Part shown: piece by piece, positions 8,302 to 17,726 of the stretch
Layout: each line of letters begins with the position of its first letter
How positions within the stretch are numbered: the stretch's first letter is position 1
DNA from: an uncultured Clostridia bacterium
GTDB taxonomy: Bacteria > Bacillota > Clostridia > Christensenellales > UBA1242
Direction: 5' to 3'
NCBI GenBank assembly: GCA_934747255.1
Contig: CAKVGH010000005.1
Location: 7,273-71,272, forward strand
Length of the DNA stretch: 64,000 bases
Made by a program: the position numbers and the translations under genes
The notes under the pieces: model-generated
What the model saw: the letters and a program-made list of their open reading frames with translations, nothing else
Told to the model about the DNA's origin: nothing
The model's database searches: none

Positions 8302-8330
8302 ATTATATATATTTTTTATATGCTTGTCAA
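8302..8330 (-). promoter_or_regulatory. Consensus promoter TTGACA-17-TATAAT for greA
   Basis: Minus strand reads TTGACA (8330..8325), a 17-nt spacer agcatataaaaaatata and TATAAT (8307..8302). Confidence 0.7.
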
Positions 8331-8332
8331 CT

Positions 8333-8361
8333 AAAAAACTCGCTTATTTTACGAGTTTTTT
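8333..8361 (-). terminator. Terminator of the 8386..9489 gene
   Basis: aaaaaaCTCG-cttatttta-CGAGtttttt; the flanking A and T runs extend the stem. Confidence 0.7.
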
Positions 8362-8385
8362 ATAAAAAATTGACAAAATTTTATG

Positions 8386-9489
8386 TTAGTTGTTAAGTTG
8401 TTGTTCTTCTTCGATTTCTTGTTGCTTTTTCTTTGCATCACGAGTTTGTTTTCTCTTTTTAACGCCAGCAAGTTTGTTTTTTGCCTTTTCGATATCTTCT
8501 GGATACAAGTATCCTTCAACAATATCCATAAGTCCATATTTTTTAATTGCTTTATATACATTATACTTAATTGTAGCATCGTCAATAAATCTTTCTAGAC
8601 CATAATCAGCAAGTTTAACATATTCATCTGGGTTTGATTTTACAGCAGCAATAATCAATCTTTTAATGAGTTTGTCATCAAGAGAATCTGTTGGCATATC
8701 TCCAAGTAAGCCTTCTAACTTACTATTTTGCTTTGCTGCTTTTCTAACTGCCTTATACATTGGTTTACCATTATTTACGAGCCATTGTTTTGCTGTGCAA
8801 ACTCTTAATTGTTGATTATCTTTTTTAATCATAACATTCATAAGTGTTGCAAAATTTTCAAGTAATTCGCCGTCAATTTTTTGGCTAGGTTGTTTTTTAA
8901 TCTTCTTCATTTGTTCTACAACTGAAAGTGCATAGTCGTCATAACCTTCGTGGTATTTAGAAACACCTTCGTACAATCTAATTGCTTTCAAAAGTTCTGT
9001 TCTTAAAGTTGTTGTTACTTCCTTTGTAATGTTTTCTGTTACACCAGTTTTTTCATTAACCTTTGCTTCTACAACTACATTTGAAACTCTTTCTTTCAAT
9101 GCTTTCAAATCTTTGATTGTTAAAACCAATGGATTTTTAGCAAAAGCATCAACAAACACTTCTTTTGTGATATATTTGTCTTGAACTAATTTATCAAGTT
9201 TTGCAATAATCATTGGGTTACTCATAACAGCCATACGAACATAATTGCTATTTACATTAAGTCCATTTTTATCATTAAAACTTAAAATAAGTTCTGGTTT
9301 TCTAACAAGTGCTTCGTAAACCAATTTTTCAAACTTATCTTTGTCTGCTGACCAGTACTTGCTAGCGTACAAGATAACATCTGGATTTTTTGCAATCAAT
9401 TTTTTTTGAGTGTTATAGTTTTTAATTTTGCCGAGTTTTTCAATTCCTTCCTTAGTAGTCAAATCTACTTTTCCTAATAAAAATGCCAT
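8386..9489 (-). CDS. Hypothetical protein with a recurring (K/S)NP helical motif and a lysine-rich C-terminus
   Basis: Start trimmed to ATG 9489 (SD AAGGAG); a consensus promoter lies inside the ORF-track extension. KNPDVILY, SNPMIIAKL, KNPLVLTI and SNPDEYVKL recur along the protein. No family assigned. Confidence 0.7.
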   Translation of the reverse strand: MAFLLGKVDLTTKEGIEKLGKIKNYNTQKKLIAKNPDVILYASKYWSADKDKFEKLVYEALVRKPELILSFNDKNGLNVNSNYVRMAVMSNPMIIAKLDKLVQDKYITKEVFVDAFAKNPLVLTIKDLKALKERVSNVVVEAKVNEKTGVTENITKEVTTTLRTELLKAIRLYEGVSKYHEGYDDYALSVVEQMKKIKKQPSQKIDGELLENFATLMNVMIKKDNQQLRVCTAKQWLVNNGKPMYKAVRKAAKQNSKLEGLLGDMPTDSLDDKLIKRLIIAAVKSNPDEYVKLADYGLERFIDDATIKYNVYKAIKKYGLMDIVEGYLYPEDIEKAKNKLAGVKKRKQTRDAKKKQQEIEEEQQLNN

Positions 9490-9516
9490 ATTAAAATCTC
9501 CTTTTTTTACGAGTAA

Positions 9517-9545
9517 ATTATATCGCAACCTTGCCAACTTGTCAA
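9517..9545 (-). promoter_or_regulatory. Consensus promoter TTGACA-17-TATAAT for the 8386..9489 gene
   Basis: Minus strand reads TTGACA (9545..9540), a 17-nt spacer agttggcaaggttgcga and TATAAT (9522..9517). Confidence 0.7.
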
Positions 9546-9685
9546 TACCCATTTTTTAATTTTTTTATATAAAAATTCATCAGCAAATTAAGACAAATTT
9601 TGACAAATTTATTATGTCAACAAAACTAATACTTTGAATTATTTTTTTATAGTTGCACAAAACTAAATTGAATAAAGGAGTAATT

Positions 9686-10102
9686 ATGATAAGTATTATA
9701 GCTTTTATAATTGTTATATTTGGGTCATTAAATTGGTTAAGCATTGGGTTTTTTCAATACGATATTGTTGCTGGATTTTTTGGATACCAAGGCAGTTTGT
9801 TTAGCCGAATAGTTTATATTATTGTTGGCATTTCTGCTTGCTGGCTACTTTTTAGCGTAATCAAAAATAAAGGTAGGTTAAATCCGCAAAAGTTAAAACA
9901 CGATGAAGCACCAATGTACGACAAGCACGCAAAAATGGAAAAGGCAGTTAGAGAGTACGAACAGCAAACTCATAACGATGTGCAAGTTGATAAAAACAAT
10001 ACTAGTCCACAAACAGAGCAAGTTGTAAGCAAAGGTTCTAATCAAGAAGTACCAATTCAAACTGCAAGGGCAAGTCGAAATCACGATAATTATAGTGTTT
10101 AA
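9686..10102 (+). CDS. DUF378 family small membrane protein with a ~70-aa hydrophilic C-terminal extension
   Basis: IIVIFGSLNWLSIGFFQYDIVAGFFG...SRIVYIIVGISACWLL matches the DUF378 two-TM core (GxLNWxxIG...DLVAxxFG). Start at ATG 9686 with SD AAAGGAG. Confidence 0.8.
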   Translation: MISIIAFIIVIFGSLNWLSIGFFQYDIVAGFFGYQGSLFSRIVYIIVGISACWLLFSVIKNKGRLNPQKLKHDEAPMYDKHAKMEKAVREYEQQTHNDVQVDKNNTSPQTEQVVSKGSNQEVPIQTARASRNHDNYSV

Positions 10103-10162
10103 TTATCTTTATTAAATTTATATTTTTCTTTGGTTTTTTATAAATTTTAAGCAAATTTTAAT

Positions 10163-10192
10163 AAAAAATGGCACTTTTTATGCCATTTTTTT
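10163..10192. terminator. Bidirectional terminator between the DUF378 gene and pfkA
   Basis: aaaaaaTGGCA-cttttta-TGCCAtttttt. Confidence 0.75.
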
Positions 10193-10248
10193 GATTTTTT
10201 TAATTTTCAATGATTAAAATGTCATTGAAATATTAACAAAAACTTTCT

Positions 10249-11133
10249 TTACTTTGTAAAATCAACCGCAACTATCTTGCCATTTTTTGTGCCAATCGCC
10301 ATTGTTTTTTTGTCTAAAACAATTTGCTTTATTGCCATTTTCGAAAATTTTTGGGTTAGTAATTTTTCTTGTTTCGTTGGGTTTCCACCCCTTTGCAAAT
10401 AGCCAAGGATTGTGCTTTTGAAAGTTTTATTTAATTTGTTAGTTAAAAACTCTGCAAGACTATTAACATCAAACAAATTTTCTCTAACAACAATTAAAGG
10501 AGCATCGCCAAGTTTTTTTGATTGTAATTTTTTTAATATTTCGTCAAATGATATTGGGTCAGCCACTACCAAATCAGCATTAGTATTTTTTCCAACTTGA
10601 ATGGCAATATCTGGGCACTTTCTGCCCATAACTTCAACAACAAATCCCCTGTCATTGCTTTTCATACTGTCCATCATAATATCAACAGCTTTTGTAGCAT
10701 TATTAACTGCAGTATCAAACCCAATGGTGTTGTCCGTATAGTAAATATCGTTATCAATAGTTCCCGGCAAGAAAATTATATTAGGGTAAAACTTTGATAA
10801 ACTTTTTGCACCACACAAACTACCGTTACCACCAATGACGATTAAATAATCAATTTTATTTTTTTTCAGTTGTTCAAGAGCAAGAGCCTTACCTTCGTCA
10901 GTCTTAAATAATTCGCTACGACTAGTCTTAATAAAACTACCACCTTGGTTAAAATTTTCGTCAACTTTGGCTTTTGTTAGTGCAACAAATTCTCCTTTCA
11001 TTAAACCATTATAACCGTGCAAAACGCCAACAAGATTTAACTTGTTTTTTTCACACTCGTCAAACAAATATTTAATGCAAGCATTCATTCCACTGGAATC
11101 TCCACCGCTTGTCAATACTGCTATTTTTTTCAT
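10249..11133 (-). CDS. pfkA: 6-phosphofructokinase-like (PfkA family), short form
   Basis: Has the IAVLTSGGDSSGMNA, PGTIDND, MGR and LGYLQRGG motifs. The usual GGDGS reads GGNGS here. Confidence 0.85.
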   Translation of the reverse strand: MKKIAVLTSGGDSSGMNACIKYLFDECEKNKLNLVGVLHGYNGLMKGEFVALTKAKVDENFNQGGSFIKTSRSELFKTDEGKALALEQLKKNKIDYLIVIGGNGSLCGAKSLSKFYPNIIFLPGTIDNDIYYTDNTIGFDTAVNNATKAVDIMMDSMKSNDRGFVVEVMGRKCPDIAIQVGKNTNADLVVADPISFDEILKKLQSKKLGDAPLIVVRENLFDVNSLAEFLTNKLNKTFKSTILGYLQRGGNPTKQEKLLTQKFSKMAIKQIVLDKKTMAIGTKNGKIVAVDFTK

Positions 11134-11268
11134 TTTTTCTCTCTTTTTGTTATTTTTTTATGATTTTTTGTTAATTTTTTAAGCTTTTTTATTTTTTTAT
11201 TTTTATTTTATATTTTTAATTGCAAATGATTTATAATTTTTAATTGTAATATACCACTCGTTTTACCA

Positions 11269-14200
11269 CTACTCATACTTAATGTTTTGTGGTGGCAAAA
11301 GTGCAAGAAGTTCAAATTCCATAAGGCTATCGTACTTTACGGTTTCGGTAAGTTTGAAAGCCTTGCCAGTAACACTGCAACGAATGTAAACTTCGCTAGT
11401 ACCAATATGGCTAGAAACAATATCCATAACATTATCTAGTAAATCTTTGTTTTGCGTATCAAATTTTAAGAATAATCTTTTTGGTTTTTCAGTGACTATT
11501 TCGTCTTGCTTTTCTTCTTCGTGCTTCCATTCGGTAAAGCCTTCTAGCATAACAATTGGTGCCTCGTCTTCCCTAATAGATATTTTTCCCGAAAACTCGC
11601 CAATATTATCTTCGTATAAAATTGGTTTTAATTTTGCATAGTTTTTTGGAAATACCATCACATCAATCTTTCCAAGCAAGTCTTCAACAGTCAAAATAGC
11701 CATTTCCTTGTTGCCATTTTTTGTATATGTCTTTTTTACTTCGGCAATAATTCCGCCAAACTTTACTTCCATTCCATCTTGCAAGTCGCTGTCACTATTT
11801 ATTTGATTATCTTCAAAATCATCATCTTGACCATCGTTTGAGTTTTGCGAATTTTCAATCATACTGGAATTAAAATTGTAACTATCAAATTTACTCAAAT
11901 AATTATCTAATGGGTGACCAGAAATATAGACACCAACAACTTCTTTTTCAAGTTTTAACTTAATGTTATCTTGATATTCTGGTTTCACTGGATAGTCAAT
12001 CTTGTTTATGGTATCGCTGTTTGGAATCAAACTTCCAAATAAGCTTATTTGTCCGTTGCTTTGTGCCTTTTTATCAACCGATACTCTTTCAGCAATCTTT
12101 TCGTAAACTTCCATTAAGACACTTCTTGGCTTGCCAAAACTATCTAATGCTCCAGACAAAATGAGTGCTTCAATTCCCTTTTTGTTTAAGCCATATTTGT
12201 TTGCTCTTGAAATCAAATCATTTATGTCATAGTAGTCGCCGTTAATCTCTCGTTCTTCAACTAATCTATCACTAATGGCAATGCCCATATTTTTTAACGC
12301 ACCAAGTCCAAATCTAATGCCACCATTTTCGTAACTAAACAATGTTTTACTTTTGTTTACATCTGGTGGGTACACATTATAATTATTTCTCTTTGCATAA
12401 AGAATATATTTTGCAATATCTTCAGGCTTATTTAATCTATTGTTTAATACACCGATAATGTACTCAACAGGGTAGTAAGTTTTGAGATATGCCGTTTGAT
12501 AGGTTACAAAAGTATATGCTGCTGCATGAGCCTTATTAAACGCATACGCCGCAAAACTAATCATTTGGTCGTAAATTTTATTGGCAAATTCTTCCGTTGC
12601 ACCACGCTTCAATGAGCCTTCGATTGGGTGTTTTGGGTCATCTCTACCATTAAGGAAGGTTTTACGCTCGGCAATCATTTCGTCCATGTGCTTTTTACTC
12701 ATCATACGGCGAACCAAATCGGCTTGTCCAAGTGAATAACCTGCCATAACTTGCAAGATGTTCATAACTTGCTCTTGATAGACAATTACACCATAAGTTG
12801 GTTCTAGAATTGGTTTTAAGCACTCCATACCATAGTCTATATGCTCTGGATCATTTTTGTTTTTAATATAAGTTGGAATACTATCCATTGGACCGGGTCT
12901 AAAAAGTGCCGTTCCCGCAATAATATCTTCTAGTTGTCGTGGTTGCAAGTCTTGAAGGAATTTTTTGAAACCACCGCCTTCAAGTTGGAACACGGCATCT
13001 GTTTCACTTGAACAAACTAAATTGTAAACATTTGGGTCGGTATATTCCATATTATAAAAGTCAATGTCTTTGTTGTGAACATCTTTAATAATCTTTAACG
13101 CACCCTTAATGTCCGAAAGAGTTTCTAAACGCAAAAAGTCCATTTTCAAAAATCCCAACTCTTCGACATCAATCATATTATATTGGGTAACTATTGTATC
13201 TCCCACTCTGGTTAGTGGAATATTCTCGTTCAAAATTTTGTTACAAATAACCACACCTGCGGCGTGAACAGATAGATTTCGAGGCATATTTTCTAGTTTA
13301 ATAGCAATGTCAACCACTCTTTTTACATTTGGATTGTTGTTATAAAGTTCCACAAGTTCTGGGTTTTTTCTTTTTACATCATCGTCATACTTGGCTTGCA
13401 ATTCGGCATCGTCAAGTTTTTTATTGGCATCAGCAAGACCAAACATATATTTTAAGGTTTCGTGGTCAAACATACCTTTTGTGTCGATAAGTTTTGTAAT
13501 TTCGTTGACTTCGGCAAATGGCATTCTAAAAACTCTCGCTACATCTTTAATAACGGCTTTGGCCTTTAATCGTCCAAAAGTTACAATTCGGCAAACCTTG
13601 TCGTAACCATATTTTTGCGTTACATACTGAATAACTTCTTCCGTTCTCTCTGGCTCAAAGTCAATATCAAAGTCGGGCATAGTTGCTCTTTCTGGGTTCA
13701 AAAATCTTTCAAAGAATAAACTATATTTTAATGGGTCTAGTTTTGTAATACCCATACCATAAGCAACAATACTTCCCGCACCGCTTCCACGACCCGGACC
13801 AACTGCTATGCCAACGCTTTCGGCATAGTTGATATAATCCCAAACAACCAAAAAGTAATCGTTAAAGCCCATATTATCAATGGTCCTTAATTCATATTCA
13901 AGTCTTTCTTTAATCTCATCAGTAACTACTTTATACTTGGCATATACACCATCTGTGGCTAATTGTCTAACATAGTCACGAGATGACATTCCGTTTGGTG
14001 CTTTGTAAAGTGGAATTAACGACTTATCTTTTTTGAAATAATACTCTACGCACTTGTTTGCAACTTCCACAGTGTTGTGAACAGCATCTTCAAAGCCCTG
14101 CAAAACTTCGAGCATTTCTTTTTCGCTTTTAACATAGAACTGGTCGCCATACTTCATTCGAGTTGGGTCGTCAAAAGTCTTTTTCATATTGATGCACATT

Positions 14201-14919
14201 AAAACTTCTTGCGCTTCGCTATCTTCCTTGTTAAGATAATGACAGTCATTTGTGGCAACAAGTTTGATACCCAATTTTTCGCCCATTTCACGCAGTTTTA
14301 GTCTAACTTCAAGCTCTTCTGGCATAAAGTGATTTTGTACTTCGAAGTAAAAATCATCGCCAAAAATTTCTTTCATTTCTAGTGCTAATTTTTCGGCTTC
14401 GTCATATCGTCTTGCCAAAATGAGTTTTGGAATATCACCACCAATACAAGCATTTGTACAAATAAGTCCTTCGTGGTATTTTTTTAGCGTAGCATAATCT
14501 ATTCGTGGTTTGTAGTAAAAGCCATCTACCGATGCAATACTATTGAGTTTTGCAAGAGTATGATAGCCAACTTCGTTTTTCGCAAGCAAAATAAGGTGGC
14601 TATAATCAATTCCACCCGCCTTAACTGACAAATCTGGTGCAACATAAAATTCGCAACCAATAATTGCTTTAATATGTTCCTTTTTGTTATCTTGATTTTC
14701 TGGCTTATCGTTCCACTTGTCTATGCCCTTGTTATACTTTTGAACTTCTTTAAGCAGTTCCGTCGTAGCGTGCATATTGCCGTGGTCAGTAACTGCAACA
14801 GCGGGTTGTCCCATCTTTGTTATCTTTTTTATTAGGTCCTTAATTCTTATAGCACCATCTAGCAAACTATATTCGGTATGCAAATGAAGGTGTACAAATC
14901 CACTTTGTTTATTTTCCAT
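11269..14919 (-). CDS. dnaE: DNA polymerase III alpha subunit (DnaE type)
   Basis: 1216 aa with the PHP N-terminus FVHLHLHTEYSLLDGA and the PDFDIDF and FNKAHAAAY motifs. Confidence 0.93.
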   Translation of the reverse strand: MENKQSGFVHLHLHTEYSLLDGAIRIKDLIKKITKMGQPAVAVTDHGNMHATTELLKEVQKYNKGIDKWNDKPENQDNKKEHIKAIIGCEFYVAPDLSVKAGGIDYSHLILLAKNEVGYHTLAKLNSIASVDGFYYKPRIDYATLKKYHEGLICTNACIGGDIPKLILARRYDEAEKLALEMKEIFGDDFYFEVQNHFMPEELEVRLKLREMGEKLGIKLVATNDCHYLNKEDSEAQEVLMCINMKKTFDDPTRMKYGDQFYVKSEKEMLEVLQGFEDAVHNTVEVANKCVEYYFKKDKSLIPLYKAPNGMSSRDYVRQLATDGVYAKYKVVTDEIKERLEYELRTIDNMGFNDYFLVVWDYINYAESVGIAVGPGRGSGAGSIVAYGMGITKLDPLKYSLFFERFLNPERATMPDFDIDFEPERTEEVIQYVTQKYGYDKVCRIVTFGRLKAKAVIKDVARVFRMPFAEVNEITKLIDTKGMFDHETLKYMFGLADANKKLDDAELQAKYDDDVKRKNPELVELYNNNPNVKRVVDIAIKLENMPRNLSVHAAGVVICNKILNENIPLTRVGDTIVTQYNMIDVEELGFLKMDFLRLETLSDIKGALKIIKDVHNKDIDFYNMEYTDPNVYNLVCSSETDAVFQLEGGGFKKFLQDLQPRQLEDIIAGTALFRPGPMDSIPTYIKNKNDPEHIDYGMECLKPILEPTYGVIVYQEQVMNILQVMAGYSLGQADLVRRMMSKKHMDEMIAERKTFLNGRDDPKHPIEGSLKRGATEEFANKIYDQMISFAAYAFNKAHAAAYTFVTYQTAYLKTYYPVEYIIGVLNNRLNKPEDIAKYILYAKRNNYNVYPPDVNKSKTLFSYENGGIRFGLGALKNMGIAISDRLVEEREINGDYYDINDLISRANKYGLNKKGIEALILSGALDSFGKPRSVLMEVYEKIAERVSVDKKAQSNGQISLFGSLIPNSDTINKIDYPVKPEYQDNIKLKLEKEVVGVYISGHPLDNYLSKFDSYNFNSSMIENSQNSNDGQDDDFEDNQINSDSDLQDGMEVKFGGIIAEVKKTYTKNGNKEMAILTVEDLLGKIDVMVFPKNYAKLKPILYEDNIGEFSGKISIREDEAPIVMLEGFTEWKHEEEKQDEIVTEKPKRLFLKFDTQNKDLLDNVMDIVSSHIGTSEVYIRCSVTGKAFKLTETVKYDSLMEFELLALLPPQNIKYE

Positions 14920-14925
14920 ACTTTT

Positions 14926-14934
14926 ATTATATCA
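14926..14934 (-). promoter_or_regulatory. Extended -10 TGaTATAAT, 6 nt upstream of the dnaE ATG (leaderless geometry)
   Basis: Minus strand reads TGaTATAAT-aaaagt-ATG. No SD and a poor -35. Confidence 0.55.
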
Positions 14935-15039
14935 ACAAACAAAAAAAATAGATAACATTTTTTTGATTTTCTGCTGGCAATTTTTTTCTTTTACTGGCAT
15001 ATCATAAATTTTTGTTTATAGCAAAACAGAACTTAAATT

Positions 15040-15080
15040 AAAAAAAGCAATCATTTTTTGCTAAATAAAAATGATTGCTT
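15040..15080 (-). terminator. whiA terminator; the stem overlaps the whiA stop codon
   Basis: aagcaatcattttt (15045..15058) pairs with aaaaatgattgctt (15067..15080), a 14-bp stem followed on the minus strand by a U-run. Confidence 0.75.
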
Positions 15081-16050
15081 AACATTCTTTTGCTATTTTT
15101 TCGATTTTTTTGAATCTATGATATAGTCCGCTTTTTGTTAGTTTTTCGGTTGATAGTTTAACAAGATTGTCTAGACTTTCGTCTGGGTTAGCTAGTCTTA
15201 AATAACAAGTATTTCGTAAACTTTCGTCTAAATTTTCTATTCCTATGCTCTCTTGAATAATTTTTATGTTATTAAGTTGTTCCACACTGGCATTTACAAC
15301 CTTTGTAATATTACCGCTATAACAGTTGTTTTGACGATTAACATTGTTTCGCATATCTCTCAAAGCATTTTCGTTTTGCAAAACCATAAACGCTTTGCTA
15401 GCCCCAAGAGTACCAATTAAAGATGTAATTTGTTCAAAATCTTGAACATACACAACATAAAAGTCTTTTCGTTTTAACTGCTTGGTTATAATGTCGTTTT
15501 CGGCAAGAAGTACAGAAAAATCTTGCGATAATTTTTCACTAGAAAATACAAACTCCATTTGATAACCCGTATTCTTTTTACCTTGCAAACTCTCTTTGTC
15601 ACTCAACACAATGTTGCTTGTTCCACACGCAATATATGCACCCTTTATGTACTCAATTGATTGTTCCACCGTTGGCACAATATACTTGCTTATGCCATCA
15701 TAAAAGCAAAGATATTTGTTTTCATCGTAAAAAGCGGTTTCGGTGTCCAGCAAAATTTGAGTTGTTATTTCTTGTGGCAAGGTTACTTCATACTTAACCC
15801 TATCATTATATCCTGTATCGTCACTAATTTCCAAATTGGAACTTTTGCCGTAAACCTTTTCAGTCAAGGTATTTATAAACTGAAAAACTTCGAGCATTTC
15901 TGTTCGAATTACAATATATTCGCCGTTATTATTTTTAGAGAGTTCGCCAACTGACTTGATTATAGCCGACAAACACGAGAGTGCTAACTCTTGCGTTTTA
16001 GGTTTTATAGAGCAAACTTCTTTTTTTAATAGTAAATTAAAACTTTCCAT
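15079..16050 (-). CDS. whiA: DNA-binding protein WhiA
   Basis: Start trimmed to MESFNLLLKKEV (ATG 16050, SD AAAGGA), one nt after the PHP gene stop. The C-terminal HTH region reads LANPDESLDNLVKLSTEKLTKSGLYHRFKKI. Confidence 0.85.
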   Translation of the reverse strand: MESFNLLLKKEVCSIKPKTQELALSCLSAIIKSVGELSKNNNGEYIVIRTEMLEVFQFINTLTEKVYGKSSNLEISDDTGYNDRVKYEVTLPQEITTQILLDTETAFYDENKYLCFYDGISKYIVPTVEQSIEYIKGAYIACGTSNIVLSDKESLQGKKNTGYQMEFVFSSEKLSQDFSVLLAENDIITKQLKRKDFYVVYVQDFEQITSLIGTLGASKAFMVLQNENALRDMRNNVNRQNNCYSGNITKVVNASVEQLNNIKIIQESIGIENLDESLRNTCYLRLANPDESLDNLVKLSTEKLTKSGLYHRFKKIEKIAKEC

Positions 16051-16051
16051 T

Positions 16052-16801
16052 TTATCCTTTATGATTTTTGAACTTTGGCATTTGGTCAATATTCAAAATT
16101 AGTTCTTTTGGAATGTGATGAGTTATGGCAAAATTCATTGGATGATTAACTTCGCCAACATCAATAGCCCTGTGAGCATCGCTGTCCATTATAAATTTGG
16201 TTTTCATATCTACCATTTTGTCAATATCGTCTTGACTAAATAGTATTCGCTTGCCGTTAAGTTCAATATATGTTCCCTTTTGAAGTGCTAGTTTTGCAAT
16301 TTGTGGAGCATCGACTGGCATACCATAATTTAGGTGCGCCAAAATGTCTATATTATACATATCAATCGCACGCAAATAAGCGTCAGTGTTTTTTTGAATT
16401 AGCCTTTTAGTAAAGAAAATTTTTCTCAAATCATTGCGGAAGAAAAATCCCAATCTATCGCCCAAACTTTGTGCTTTTATAATTTTATGATAGCCCATAA
16501 TTATAACATCAAAAAGTTTTTCTTCTTCCTTGTACAAATCAATAGTTCCGTTTTCACCGATAAGGTTAGATTCAATGCCAAGCAGTATGTCCATTTTGTA
16601 GTCTTTTTTAAGTTGCTCAACTTCCTTTCTCATTTGTGGAATATCAATACGCTTTACGCCATAAAGTTTATGATTAAAGCCGTGGTCAGTAATAGCAACT
16701 TGTTTTAAGCCTTTTTTCATTGCCACCTTAACATTATCTTCAATCGTTCCAGTGCCGTGACTATATATTGTATGTGTGTGATAATCACCCTGTAATATCA
16801 T
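16052..16801 (-). CDS. PHP-domain metal-dependent phosphoesterase (histidinol-phosphatase-like)
   Basis: GDYHTHTIYSHGTGT...AITDHG...DSDAH motifs. Start moved to the third codon (ATG 16801) because AGGAG directly abuts the first ATG. Confidence 0.8.
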   Translation of the reverse strand: MILQGDYHTHTIYSHGTGTIEDNVKVAMKKGLKQVAITDHGFNHKLYGVKRIDIPQMRKEVEQLKKDYKMDILLGIESNLIGENGTIDLYKEEEKLFDVIIMGYHKIIKAQSLGDRLGFFFRNDLRKIFFTKRLIQKNTDAYLRAIDMYNIDILAHLNYGMPVDAPQIAKLALQKGTYIELNGKRILFSQDDIDKMVDMKTKFIMDSDAHRAIDVGEVNHPMNFAITHHIPKELILNIDQMPKFKNHKG

Positions 16802-17711
16802 TATCATCTCCTAATAGTTCAATTTCGAGTTCTAACTCATAGCCAAAACTCGATTTAACTTTTTTACGGATATATTTTACCAAATCTAAAACATCTTTGC
16901 AAGTGGCTTGTGCATTATTTACAATAAATCCTGCGTGCTTTGTAGAAATTTGCGCTCCGCCTACCGAAAAACCTTTTAGTCCCATTTCGTCTATCATCTT
17001 GCTAACTGCAATTTCTCCGTCACAAAGTCTCTTAAATACACTCCCAGCACAAGGCATATCATAAGGCTGTGAATTTTTACGCTTTTTAAGTAACTGATTT
17101 TGCTCATAAGTTATACTTTCCCTTATGCCATTTGTTAAACTAAAAGTTACTTCCAGCACAACGAGTCCAAGTTTTTTGCACGCACTATGTCTGTATCCAA
17201 AGTCCATTTGTTCTTTGGTTAGTAACACAATTTTTTCGCCGTCAAATGCTTTGATTGTTTTGGCAAAATCTCCAATGCCTTTTCCGCTTATGCCCGCATT
17301 CATATAAATTGCTCCGCCAACGCTCCCAGGAATACCGTACGAAAATTCCAGTCCCGAAAGGGAATTTTCCGCACAAATTTTGTTTAGTTTGAAAAGATTT
17401 AAGCCACACTCTGCCACAATTTCTGCTCCACAAACTTTGTATCCACAAAGTCTTTTTGTGTTTAAGATAACCCCATCAAAGCCTTCATCACAGCACAAAA
17501 TATTAGTACCAGCACCTAACACAAAATTTTTAATTTGATTAGAGTTTACAAACTCTAAAATACTTGCCATTTGATTTACACTACTTGGAAAGACCATAAA
17601 TTTTGCCTTTCCACCAATCTTAAAATTAGTATAATTTTTTAGCCAAACATTTTGTTCAAACTCAATATTATTTGACTGCAAAAAAGTTTTAACGAGTTGT
17701 TGTTTTTTCAT
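16785..17711 (-). CDS. murB: UDP-N-acetylenolpyruvoylglucosamine reductase
   Basis: NYTNFKIGGKAKFMVFP, VLGAGTNIL and AGSVFK motifs. SD AAGGAAGG. Confidence 0.92.
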   Translation of the reverse strand: MKKQQLVKTFLQSNNIEFEQNVWLKNYTNFKIGGKAKFMVFPSSVNQMASILEFVNSNQIKNFVLGAGTNILCCDEGFDGVILNTKRLCGYKVCGAEIVAECGLNLFKLNKICAENSLSGLEFSYGIPGSVGGAIYMNAGISGKGIGDFAKTIKAFDGEKIVLLTKEQMDFGYRHSACKKLGLVVLEVTFSLTNGIRESITYEQNQLLKKRKNSQPYDMPCAGSVFKRLCDGEIAVSKMIDEMGLKGFSVGGAQISTKHAGFIVNNAQATCKDVLDLVKYIRKKVKSSFGYELELEIELLGDDNDITG

Positions 17712-17726
17712 TTTACCTTCCTTTTA

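Noticed and set aside
9590-9625. The inverted repeat TTGACAaatttattaTGTCAA upstream of the DUF378 gene, considered as a possible operator.
   Set aside because: It has only 6-bp arms in very AT-rich DNA and overlaps nothing clearly functional. This is too weak to call.
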